Origin: Octopus sinensis
Lineage: Eukaryota
Length of the DNA: 64,000 nucleotides
NCBI RefSeq assembly: GCF_006345805.1
Contig: NC_043009.1
Span: 57,970,001-58,034,000 of the forward strand
Reading direction: 5' to 3'
Below are positions 1-12,339 of this stretch, in pieces (positions within the stretch are counted from its first letter, which is position 1; every line of letters begins with the position of its first letter). The notes below the pieces were generated by a model. That model searched no databases. It had not been told where the DNA came from and saw nothing but the letters and a program-made list of their open reading frames with translations. Position numbers and translations under genes: made by a program.

Positions 1-659
1 TGAATCTGAGAAGGGGATATGTTGAATGAAATCATAATTAATTGATCCTCCACTGTTTTGTTTTACCCAAAGCCAAGAACATTTCATAACGCTCTCATAT
101 GTGTTTGTGCAAGTGTGTGTGCATGTTTATATATATGCGGGTATGAGAATGTAGGTTAATCCGAACTAGTACACGTCAACTCCATAACTGAAAGAGAACT
201 AACAAATAAATTTATCTTGAGATATTCTAAGACAACCAGCGAACACGTGCACAGTCTAACTGTTATAATCATAAGTAAAATATTACTGTAATATCATTTA
301 CTCTGCCATTAAAAAAAGAGGTTGTGGAAGATTACATTTCATAATGTTACATCAGCTACACAATATCGGAAAAAATACGGGATGTCCATGGTTAAGACTC
401 TCTTGCTAATAAGACTCTCGCTTAACCATGGATGACCATGGTAAGAATGTCTTGCTATAGGACTAAACAACTACAATAACAGTTTTCTAATCGAAACGTC
501 TAATTTAATCTGAAGGTAAGAAGTCCTGTTTGATTGATTATTGTGAACTCTGTAACGAATTTGTTCAAATGTTTACGACAATGGTAGCTAATGTCTACTT
601 TGCCTGGTTTAGAAGCCAGAGTGTAAAGGAATGTAATTTTATATGGTTTTCGAAATATA

Positions 660-1125
660 GGACAATGCCAGGAATTACGAGAAAAAGAGTCTATTAGATC
701 GACCCTAGTGTCCACCTGGTAGTTATTTAATTGACCTCGAAACGATGAAAGGCAAAACTGACCTCTGAAGCGTTGTAACACAGATTATGAAACGAGACCA
801 TTAAGTATTTTATTTGAAGTGCCACTGGATCTGCCAAATCGCCGCTTTGAGATGTAATTTAATACTTGTTTCAAATTTTGGCACAAGGCCAGCATTTTCG
901 ATAGCGGTGTTAAGTAGAGTACATCAACCGCAGTGCCCAACAGATACTCAATTTACCGATTTCGTGTTAACGGTTCTGCCAGCTAACCGACCCGATGTAA
1001 TTTAATGTTGAAATGTATTTTTTAATCCTTTCGGGGTCTATAAATTAAATACCAGTTGCGTACTGCGGTCAATCTAATCGACTGGCCTCCTTCCCCAAAA
1101 TTTCGGGCGTTGTTCCTAGAGTAGA
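660..1125. mobile_element. Cluster of decayed SINE fragments (two minus, one plus) of the window's most abundant family
   Basis: Matches to 'atcctttcggggtc..aaattaa.taccagtt..g.actg' and its reverse complement. Confidence 0.55.
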
Positions 1126-1834
1126 AAACAATATTGGAATACATTTTGTCCACAACTTTATTGAGTCTATCATTCCAACGTCTTCCATACGTCTCTCTTT
1201 CAGTACTAACATCAATCCAGGGACACAATTCCAGTTAAAAAGAGCGTTATCGGGAAAATAGAGGAACATTGGATAATACATCAAATAAATAAAAAGTATA
1301 TTCTTTTCACACCGAGATCAATTTTTGTCGTAGGCTTTCTTTTCGGAGGATCTGTAGTCGAGTTTAGCAAAAACAGCAAGACCTCTCTCGCCAGCACTTG
1401 TCATCACATATCTTGCAACACCCATCTCCACAATTACAGATGGTTAACCTGTTAGGCAAGTAGTCAGCTGTAAAACGAAGTTCATCCGTCACTCAGTGCA
1501 AAATGTCACAGAAACCTCGATCCTGGCTGCAACAGCCGGGTTTCCCTATAAATAGATGTCACCTATCATATCATTGGGTAGATTATATTTATATATCTCA
1601 AGCATAAAAAGATATCTTTGAGGTTTAACAAGAGATATAGTCGGCCTTCAGAAGTAGATACCAGTATGGTACATAGATAAATCGTAATCTTGGTTGTCGC
1701 ATTTCTTTACTGAATCTGATTCTATTAATTTCTTTCTTTTTACTTTGATGATACTAAAATAGAATTTTCTGATAATGATGATAATAATAACAATGATTGA
1801 CTCTCCTGTTGAAAACGACGTGTAAGTGTTCAGC

Positions 1835-2088
1835 TTTTGATGAACGGCCAGCACAAATGATTTTTTGTTTATAGTGACCAAATGATCGTGTTATACGTTA
1901 GTTCACTCTATCCATCAATTCGACGTTGTCTGAACACGTGCATTCTGTGGCATGCGTCAGATGTCAAATGGATCGCAGAGCAACGTGCGACGAAGTGTTT
2001 TGCTCAAGAACACAACACAACACCCTGTCTAGGAATTGAAATCACAATCGCTATATCGTGACTGCAACACCATAACCACTAAGCATGC
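1835..2088 (-). mobile_element. Decayed tRNA-headed CORE-like SINE
   Basis: Reverse complement reads gcttagtggtt (A box), tttcaattcc (B-box-like), then ttgtgttcttgagcaaaacactt (CORE-like block). Confidence 0.5.
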
Positions 2089-2089
2089 G

Positions 2090-2108
2090 AATAATAATAA
2101 CGATGACC

Positions 2109-2144
<36 letters not shown>

Positions 2145-2177
2145 TAATAATAATAATAGTAATAATCATACTACTAC

Positions 2178-2262
<85 letters not shown>

Positions 2263-2276
2263 CAAATAATAATAAT
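2090..2276. repeat. (AAT)n/(ACT)n microsatellite upstream of the LINE
   Basis: Direct reading. Confidence 0.95.
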
Positions 2277-4857
2277 CAAAAAGTTCTACCAAGAACTGGG
2301 CAAAAATAAAATAGAAGTCACTGCAGCACCAACGGCAGAAGAATTGGAAGAATTCTGGGGAGAAATATGGTCGGCGAACGAACCACCAAAAAAAAGGAGT
2401 ATCAAAATAACAAACTCGGCATCTGAACAAATTTGGACCCCCATAACAACTGAAGAGGTCACCCAGGCACTGCAAAGACTAAGCAACTGGAAGGCACCTG
2501 GGCATGACAAGATCCCCAACTTCTGGTTGAAATATCTAACAGGAATGCACAAAAAGCTGGCTGAAAACTTTAACAACGTACTAACAGAGCCAGAGACAAT
2601 GCCTGAATGGCTCACGAAGGGGAAAACCATCTTAATTCCCAAATCAAATGAAACAGAAAAACCAGAAAACTACAGACCAATAACCTGCCTCCCTACTATG
2701 TTCAAGGCATTTACTGCAGTGATATCACAAAGGCTGAACAAGCACCTGGACGAAAACAAACTGTTCTCAGAAGAGCAGAAAGGATGCCGCAAAGGCTCAT
2801 ATGGCTGTAAAGATCAACTAATGATTAATAAAGCCATAACTGAAGACAGCTATAGAAAGAAGAAAGGCCTCAGTATGGCCTGGATTGACTACAAAAAGGC
2901 GTTTGATAGCATCCCCCACACATGGATCCTCGAAACACTAGCCATTAACAAAGTAGCACCAACAATCATAAAATTCATAGAGCACTCTATGAATAAATGG
3001 CAAACAGTCCTACACCTCCAAACAAAAGAGGGACTCATGAAAACCAAAGACATCCCCATTAGAAGAGGAATATTCCAGGGAGATACGCTCTCTCCACTCC
3101 TTTTCTGCTTGGCACTGTCACCTCTATCTGATATGCTAAATAGAACTGGATGCGGATATAAATGTTACGGCAAAACGATCAGCCACCTTTTATATATGGA
3201 TGACCTAAAACTATACGCTGCAAATGACAAACAGCTGGAAACACTATTAAAGACAGTTCATGGATTTACCAAAGAAATAGATATGAAATTTGGATTAGAA
3301 AAATGCGCCAAAGTAACCATGAAAAGAGGAAAACTAGTTAAGAGTAACAACATCACACTAGATGAAGCAAATGAAATAAAAGAATTAGACCAAAGCCAAA
3401 CTTACAAATACTTAGGAATCCATGAACTAGATAAGACACAACACACACAAATGAAAGAGAAAATAAAAAAAGAATATTATAGACGAGTTAGATCAATACT
3501 AAACACAGAGCTCAATGCTAAAAACAAGATAATAGGTATCAACACTTTAGCTGTCCCAGTTATAAGTTACAGCTACAATATCCTTAACTGGACACGAAAT
3601 GAACTGACCAAAATAGACAGGAAAACAAGAAAAATAATGACAGGATCTAGGATGCATCACCCAAAATCTGACATAGAAAGACTATATATACAACGTATAG
3701 AAGGTGGTAGAGGCCTTATACAGCTGGAAAACTACTATAAAATAACCACCATAGGACTGCAAAAATATCTACTTCAGAAGGAAGGAAAACTGATCCAGAT
3801 AGCGGCAAAACACGAGCAAAACAAAAAACTGTTCTCAGTATTTAAGGAAGCTGACAAATACAAACAAGAAATCATACCACCTAATAAACATGAAGAAGAA
3901 AAAGAAGAAGATGAAGAAACAACAAAAGCTATAAAAAAAATGAAATCCAAACTAAAAATAGAACAGCAACGAACCATGATAAAACGATGGCAAGAAAAGC
4001 CCCTTCATGGTAAATACTGCACTAAACTAAACGCAAAAGAAATAGACAAAGAAAAATCCCAGCAATGGTTGAGAAGCTCAGGACTCAAAGCAGAAACAGA
4101 GGGATTTTTAATTGCAGCACAAGACTAAAGCCTCCCCACCAGAAATTACCAAAAACATGTAATGAAAAGAAATATTACAAGTAACTGCAGAATATGTGGA
4201 GATGGACAAGAAACAATAAATCATATTATCTCTAGCTGCCCAGTCCTGGCTAAGAAGGAATATATTCACAGACATGACAGAGTTGGAACCTACATACATT
4301 GGAAGCTATGCCAACATTATGGAATAACAACAGAAAAAGATGGTATAGGCACACACCAGAAAAGGTCACAGAAAACGAGAAAGCAACCATACTCTGGGAT
4401 ATGCCGATACACACAGATAGAGAAATTAAGGCCAACAGACCAGATATAGTTGTCAGAGACCATGAAGGAAAAAAATGCTTTCTAATTGATGTATCAGTAC
4501 CGGCAGATGACAACGTGTCTCTAAAAGAAATGGAGAAACTCTCAAAATACAAAGACCTGGAAATAGAGGTAACTAGAATGTGGAATCTGAAAACAGAAAC
4601 AATTCCTATCATAGTAGGTGCATTAGGCATGATAAAAAAATATTCAGACAAATACATAACAAAAACACCAGGACTTACAAACACATATAACATACAGAAA
4701 ATTGCACTACTAGGCACTGCACACATCCTACGCAGAACACTTTCCATACAATAACCATCAGAGCATCACAACAAATCACAGCACATACCCAAGGCACACA
4801 GAGCTGCGCTCGGTAGTGAAGTGAAAGCACGCTATAAAAATAAAAATAAAACTACTG
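2277..4857 (+). mobile_element. 5'-truncated R4/Dong-clade non-LTR retrotransposon (RT + CCHC + restriction-like endonuclease), with 3' UTR
   Basis: RT motifs KAPGHD, YRPITCL, EQKGC, WIDYKKAFDSIPH, GIFQGDTLSPLLF, LYMDDLKLY, FGLEKC; then CRICGDGQETINHIISSC zinc knuckle, RHDRV, RPDIVV, IDVSVP and KYKDL endonuclease motifs. ~100 bp 3' UTR, then (AAT)n; (AAT)n also upstream. Confidence 0.93.
2281..4754 (+). pseudogene. Disrupted single ORF of the Dong-type LINE
   Basis: Frame open from KFYQELG (2281) to an in-frame TAA at 4126-4128 (QD*SLPTRNY). It continues in the same frame to a 1-nt frameshift in the A-run near 4335, then KRWYRHTPEKV...LRRTLSIQ* ends at 4754. No native start. Confidence 0.9.
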
Positions 4858-4894
4858 AATAATAATAATAATAATGATAATAATAATAATAATG

Positions 4895-4968
<74 letters not shown>
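4858..4968. repeat. (AAT)n tract (LINE tail/target)
   Basis: Direct reading. Confidence 0.95.
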
Positions 4969-4971
<3 letters not shown>

Positions 4972-5199
4972 AAAGAAGATAAATTCAACAACTATGACGA
5001 TTTGAAGTGGGAAATACGAAAGTTGTGGTTAATGAAAAGAGTAGACAAGATACCAAAAGTATTTGGTGCATTTGTAAGTATCAGCATTCACCTAACAACA
5101 TGGCTGAAAAAGATTGGTGCAAGTGTGAAGGGATAATACCTACAAAAATCAGCATCGCTTAGAAGTGCAAGAATTCTTCGGAGGGTTCTTGAAATTTAA
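4969..5199 (+). mobile_element. Second Dong-type LINE 3' fragment (endonuclease C-terminus), different family
   Basis: One frame with one internal stop: EKEDKFNNYDDLKWEIRKLWLMKRVDKIPKVFGAF...*YLQKSASLRSARILRRVLEI*. Parallels EKLSKYKDLEIEVTRMW...IVGALG...QKIALLGTAHILRRTLSIQ of the upstream element. Confidence 0.75.
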
Positions 5200-6487
5200 C
5201 CTGTCCACCTATCGAACTCCCACAATCATCCCTTCCGGTGCCGATCGAGGGAATCGCCGACTTTATTTCGCTATTGTCACTGCTTCCTCCTCCCTCGGAG
5301 CTGTGTCCATCAAATCGATGCTTACTGTCTAAACTTGTGGTGATGTCATTTGCATGCAGTGGTACAACTCTCTCCCATCCCATCGATGCTATTTAACCTC
5401 CGAAGGGCATTGGTTATTTTCTTTAGACACGTGTTTCAAGAGTTCTTGCGATGCAAACTCGAAAGCATTAAGCTTGTCTGGAATAAAGAGGAAAAATCTC
5501 TATGGATTCCAACAAAACGGGGAGTTATAAACGAAACTGAACTGTATTGGAAGATTAGCTCAAAGGGGATGTTCGGGCCCTACCACCCACACCCCTATGC
5601 CTCCGCGCCCCCATGCTCTAACGTTCTTCCACTCCACCACGCGCTTTCTCTCTCTTTCCCCCTTTTCGCTCTCGTTCTCTCTCTCTCTGTGGTTGTTGTC
5701 TGCCTGATGCTAACGTCTAAACATCTTTTAAACCAGTCTCGCTCGATGCAGACCTAATTGCCCTAACATCGCAATCAATCATCTTCTGTATATCGATCAA
5801 CTAATAAACAACTGAAGGTTCAGTTGCATATATTGTGAGCTTGCTAGCAAAACTGACATCGTATTTGGTCAGAAAAATGAACGGGGTTATAATGGAAATG
5901 ATTATATCAAGTTTAAATTAGCTCTGACATGTGGATGAGAAACATAAATAAGAAAATTAAACGAAACACAAGCGCACATGCAATTAAACATTTATGGAGT
6001 AGACGGAGCATCACGCACATACAAGTGAAAGTTAATTTTAGGAGAGAATATTATAGACACAACAGGTTAATATTTAAATCAAATTTTTAATAAAACCAAG
6101 ATATTAGATGTACATAATTCGTTGTCCGAGCTATAATTAATTGTCATATTATTGTCAACTGGAAACTTTATAAATTAGCAAGATTAGACAAGAAAGAAAT
6201 CGTGATTGCGTTTAGAAATACCAGCATGTAAAGAATATATTTACAATGAACTCTGAAGGTAGAGGTCGTCTGCTTCTACAATGTAATCGCTAAGGTAGGA
6301 CTATGAATACATCTATTAAATAATACAAGAAGTGTTATAGACAAATGCAAATTATGAGCCCGAGGAAAGCATTTCTGTTTCAAAAGTCAAGGAATTATAA
6401 AACGGAGACAAAGGTGAGAAAAAATTGCGAAGAAATGCGATAAAGAAGAAAACGTAATTGAACGGCAAATGAGCTAATGAAATATTA

Positions 6488-7010
6488 CCGTAAATCCTCG
6501 AGTATAATCCGCATTTTTTCCCAAAAAATTTAAAGGTCAAAATCCCTAGTGAGTACTATATACGAGGTTAAAAATGAAAAATATTTTCTAAGCAATGTCT
6601 GAGTCTCTATTTGATGTCTGGCAATGTTTATTCAGACGCATTTTGTGATGTCGGATGCGAAAATACCTTAAGCTAGGCCTGAAAGCAATGAAGTCATAAA
6701 AGAATTACGTATAACTTGCAGTAAGCAACATTTATTAAAATAGAAGTATTCAGAACACAGAATAACATGTAACAAAAACAATTTGCAAATATATTTACAT
6801 TCCCATATAACAGTTAAGAATATCACAATTATTGTATTACGCATGCGCGAAAGTGTTTGCTCGACTAGGTGCTGCTGGCTTAATTACGCACGACTCAAGT
6901 TAGAAAAGGGGTGCGTATCACACACAAGGTTTAGGTTTTTCAGAGGTACAGACTCCTGAAAATCCCCTGCGTATTATACACAAGGGCGGACTAAACTCGA
7001 GGATTTACGG
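6488..7010. mobile_element. Tc1/mariner-pogo-type MITE
   Basis: 25-bp TIRs at 6488-6512 and 6986-7010 (23/25 identical), TA on both sides (6486-6487, 7011-7012), no coding capacity. Confidence 0.85.
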
Positions 7011-9329
7011 TATGCGGAGACGTTTTCAAGAAAGACTTTAAATCACATGAACATGTGATTAGCGAAGAAAGCATAAATGAGTAACGAAAAATCAACATAA
7101 AATGAGAAGTAGAACAATCAAAGTCGAGTTTGATGACATTATGATCGCAAGATGAGACTAAAGCCGTCCTATCTGAAAGGAGTAAGAAATATAATGAAGA
7201 AGAAGCGGAATATGAATTATTAATGCAAAATACAATCAATCACTTTGTCTCTGTTCTTTTTTCAAATACTTTTTTTTCGTTCTCGTGCAGGGTCTGGAGA
7301 AAAAGTCAGTGTGCCTGACCTTTGGCAGCTCACGGAGATTGGGGATACTGAGGCCGTTAATGTTCGGTTTCAATAGTTGCAGAGCTAAACCTTTAAGAAT
7401 TATATGAGCAGGAAGTACTTTACAGACGGCTGATGTTCTGAGGAGAAAAACTGGGCCTAGTAGTTTATGGTGAGTCAACGCATACAACAAGAGTAATGAG
7501 AACTGGGAAGAGATGGGGTCCGAATGGCTCAAGTACGCTCCTGGCCAGACCCGAGGGGGTTCATTATCTTATCGATAGTTTTAAGACGACAAAGTAGCTT
7601 AGCGGCTTTTCGTCAGTCTTTATGATTTGGGCTCAAATTCCGCCGAGTCCGACTTTGTTTTTCACCCTGCTACTACTCAATAAAATAAATACTAGTTGAG
7701 CACCTGTGATCGATGAAAGTAACACACACGGCCGTCAAAAATTCAGGATCGTTAATAGAAAGAATTATTTAGTGATAAAAAAGGCAGAGAAACGAGACAG
7801 CACAACTGTAGGCCACAGCATAGAGAGTGTCTGTTAGTAACTGAATGTCAATCAACCGAATAGTTCTTCTCTGGAAGCAATCTAGGATGTGTGTAGACAT
7901 GGTCGAAAATAAATACATATAACTTACGTAGATCATATAAGGTGTGTCTATGCTTGAAACTACGGCATTATTTATGAAATAGCAACATAAAATACATGTC
8001 ACAAATACAAAAGTTAAAATGTATTTCAAGAATGACAAAATAACTCCATATTTTGGAACATAACTGCACACATAGGCAGGGAGGTTAAAGAAAATTTCCC
8101 ACATGACATTTCCGAAGTCCATTTTAACCGACGTGAATATATCTTTTAAAGAAATGTACAACTTATCCGAATATAAAACAGGGCAGTTCGAATATGGAGA
8201 TTGGAAACACTTTTAAAATAGGGGTTTTGAGAATTATAAGAAAAGTGATCCAGGTAAAAATGTTATCGTATCTCAATTACATACGTTCTTACACAATATA
8301 TAGTCGTCTATGAAAGTGCTTTTGTAAGGTTTCCCGTTTGCTAGGAATAACAGCCAAATTATCTTTAAGGCAAACCATACCAACATAGAAAGAGAAAGAC
8401 GCTTTCATTCTATATTCTTTTGTATAGTATGCCTAGAAAACTGGACGAGATGTTCGGATTTAAATTACATTTGATAATAGGTCCAGGCAAGGAAATTATC
8501 TTGAACATCAACATAAACAGCTGTAATAACAAAGCAACAACAACAGCAGCAACAACAAGAACAACAACAATAATAACAGCAGAAGCAGGAATCGGAACTA
8601 CAACAATAAATCAAATCAACAATAATGGATGCATCAAAATAGAGAAAACGGTATTTGTACACAATGGAGTTGTATTACAAATTGTAATTTGAATACAGTA
8701 GGAAACACGGAAGCAAAACAAAGCAATCCATGCAGGGAGAGCAAACAGGGCTGCACTGAATTTGTGCAACAAAAGCAATCAATAAGAATGGGATTTGCTA
8801 GAAATAACAATCAAGCATCCCCCAAACCATTTTAACCAGTACAAAGTATTTTAACCATCACAAAATAGAGTCGACGCATTGGATAATGTGTTCTTGTATG
8901 TATTATGGCTAGGAAAATCAAATAGGGAAAAAAAAACGTGACGTTCACATCTGGAATGTCTTGATAATCAATGCTAGCACAGAAGTCAACAGAAACAGTC
9001 AGAACAGCAGCAATAGTACCATCAGAATCTTGTACTACCATGTATTACAATTATATAAGACGGAGTTGTTTGAATGCATTAGTAAAATATGGAAAGAAAA
9101 CAGGACAATTCGTACACATGGAGTTTGTGGTTTGTGCAAAAGAAAGCAATAATAATCGGACACGCTAGAAATAACAGTTAAACCTCCCTCAGATCATACC
9201 ATACTGTTAGAAAAATGATATGGAATGACGTACTGCATGATGTATTCTTATGGATTCTACGGTAAGAAACAAATTTAACACGAGATGCTCACAGCTGGAA
9301 TTCCTTTGATAATGAATGCTAACTTGAAG

Positions 9330-9367
<38 letters not shown>

Positions 9368-10069
9368 AAGTGTAAAAAGAACAACGGCAACAACAGTAAC
9401 TTTAACGATGGCAACAGCAGCAGTAGCATACAGAAAGTACTTTCTTGTAGGTACTGCAGTTGTGTTATGCAGAGTATTTTGAATAGAACTGAAAAACACG
9501 GAAGCTAAACAAGGCAATTCATGCACACAGAGCTGTGTTGGTTTGTGCAGCAAAAGCTAGCACTAACAATAGGACTACAGAGGCAAAACCACAAAACAAA
9601 AACAAAGCAAAACAATGAATTGTGGTTCAAACTTTCCTGAACAAAAAGCAGAAACGGGAAGTCTGATTTTAGCTGCACTGGATCAATGCTTAGATACAAA
9701 TAACTGTAATTTCAAAAGGTTTACACAAAATGCAGAAAATGCAATTAATACAATGAGTAAAATGATATTATATTGGGCTTTGCAATGCCAGTCTTACAAA
9801 GTCTGAGCATATCTACAGACGCGATCGAATCATCAGTTATATGCTGGGATGTTATATTTTCTCTTCTATTTCTTTGATTATTATGATCAGGGGGAAAATG
9901 GCGACTTCTTTTCATACAGTTGTCTGGCATTGAAATTTCCATTCTGATAAATCAAATACGGACATTTTTTAGTGTTCTTAAGTTAGGAAGGAATTGAAGA
10001 GCCGGCTGAAGACGGAAAAAATTCTCTCGGCCACGATTTTAGCGCCATTTTAAAGTTACACTCAAAAAG

Positions 10070-10385
10070 GGAGGTGAAGGTTGAGATGAAGTGTGTGCCG
10101 TCAAAGAAGCTCTGGAGGCGTTGCAACCATACCCGGTGTCTGTACATCAGTTATAACAGCATGTTTAGTAATCCATGCAACGGATTATAACAACAAAGAC
10201 ACCGTCGGATTAGCGGAAAGAGGAAAAGCAAACTCTCTCCTCTAGTCAGTCATGAAGCTGGGCAAGACATGTCAGTCAGATGGTTGTAGATGGATTGAAT
10301 GTAGGTATTTGCTACCGCCACACTATCTTTCAGGGATAGGTGCCTCTTGACCTATTTTGTGGTGAGACTGGCCAAGCTGTACGTC
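10070..10385 (-). mobile_element. Decayed Tx1/L1-like LINE fragment (post-RT region)
   Basis: Translation SLTTK*VKRHLSLKDSVAVANTYIQSIYNHLTDMSCPAS*LTRGESLLFLFPLIRRCLCCYNPLHGLLNM resembles the LSLKG..VAN....S..FLW..GGLG region of L1/Tx1 ORF2 (by eye). Confidence 0.55.
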
Positions 10386-11042
10386 AACTTCCCTAGTTCT
10401 TAAGAATAAAGTTTGGGCAATTTAACACATTTAAACCTCAAAGGTGCGACAAACGAAACCGCGAGCACGCCCTGTGTTGTGGTAGGCTTTGACAAATGCT
10501 ATATAACAAATTTTTGACAGCTACCAACTTTTGAACATATAAACGAATGGAACAATCATACGAAGGACTCGAAACAACATTTTGCTATTCCGCAACAAAA
10601 ATACTAATACACCTAACTTGGTGAACATTTAACATGAGAGAAAGCTAATTCAATATTTCCATTGACATTCTATCAAATAATAACGAACAGAATAAAAAGT
10701 ATTCTAAAATATTCATGGATAACAGTAAATACATAAAATTTTTAGTGCAATTCTATCGGATTTCTTCTGATGCTAAATAATAGCGCATTTGAAAAAATGT
10801 TCGTAGTGCCCGGTGATTGCCACCATATGTAAATAACCTAAGAGAACACACATCAAATGACCATCATCCAAATCCATATTCAATGTGTACATACCTTTGG
10901 AAGCTAATTGCTCGCTATCGCCATTTTCCATGTGTGCGTTTCTTTTATAATCGCTTACTACTCCTGATTCCTTCATATTTTGTACCAAAAAAAATATTGT
11001 TTGGCACTCATACTATATTCAATATTCTAGTGTATACCAAGT

Positions 11043-11251
11043 CGCGAGCTGGCAGAATTGATTGAACGCCGGACAAAATGCTTAGTGACATTTCGACCAT
11101 CTTTACTTTCTGATTTCAAATTCCGCTCTCATCAATTTCGCTTTTCAGCATTTCGAGGTCGATAAAATATGTACCAGTCCAATTCTGGGGTCGATGTAAT
11201 CGAATAACGACCTCCAAAAATTTCTGGCCTTGCACCAAAATTTGAAAGCAA
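11043..11251 (+). mobile_element. Decayed SINE, abundant family ('gagctggcagaa' head)
   Basis: Colinear similarity to the intact copy at 13048. Confidence 0.75.
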
Positions 11252-12339
11252 TATGGAAATAGATCCTTTGAAATGTGTTGGCCTCTCATGCTATAGTCTA
11301 GATTGAACCAGTGAAGTTATTATTTCCACTGCGATAGGTTTATAACGCTTCAGCAGTAATGAACTGATTTAATAATGGGGCTATTCCGTACATAAGTGAA
11401 TAATTATGGTATAAAAGAAAGAGTGCCGATTGATTCTTCACACTTTTTTTCTCCACTGACATTTATGTATGATTAACAACGCCTGATGTGGGAAATGCAT
11501 CGTTAAGCGGATAAACTCTATCAAATTACGTACGACGCGTTCTCTGTTGACGAGATAACCAATGAAAATCTGACGTTTATTATGCACCCAGTCGTGCAAA
11601 CGTGTTCAGGTTTTCATCAGACAGATGCAACAACTTACAGTCGTAGCCACTGCGGCTTTAGCAACTCTTATCTGTTTCGTATCTTTCGACAGATCGCCAT
11701 TCCGTTCACACTTTCTCTCTGGCCTAGCAGCACTGTAGGCGATCACATATCAATAGTTAAAATTTACCGTGATGCATAGTGCATCTTACAAACATCTTCG
11801 TACAAGGAACTATCATAACGAGTCGAAAATAAATATAAACTACAACGCCATTCATCAAAGTAAAAACGCGCAACATTTTGGAGGTGATATGATTGGATGT
11901 GTCCTTTATTTACGAATACGGTGTAATTGGGATTTTCTCAACAGTTATACAACGCCGAGAACTTTGACCTCAATTTATCAAGCTTCACTTCATTTTGTTC
12001 TGCGATGTTAATATTTTGCTGCCCCGAAAAAAGAAAAAACAGAAAATTAGAGTAAATATTCTTGCTCTAAGCTCCCCCTCTGTTAATTAACAATAAACTA
12101 GTGAAGTGTGATATTGGTTTTTGCTATTATACATTATAATTATCGTCTGAGTTGTGAAATTATATTCTTATCCTAGTAATTACAGCACAAATAATTCAAC
12201 GCTTAAAATAGTATTAAACCTTCAGAAAACAAATAAAGGTAAACAAAAAATAAAAATCATTGAGAAAGAAAACCACGGGAATTAACCTAACACGAGCACC
12301 ACCCCCCAACAAAATAAACAAAATCAAAAAGAAAACAAG

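Noticed and set aside
1362-1489. Cys-rich minus-strand frame (CNCGDGCCKICDDKCWRERSCCFC)
   Set aside because: Short, with no start or convincing splice context and no recognisable Cys spacing family.
5200-5760. GC-richer segment with ORFs 5159-5383 (-) and 5350-5757 (+)
   Set aside because: No recognisable motifs; may be a LINE 3' UTR or another repeat, unresolved.
7291-7469. Apparent exon with a strong acceptor (T-run..gcag) and donor (atg|gtgagt)
   Set aside because: Stops in all three frames; could be a non-coding exon but unsupported without RNA data.
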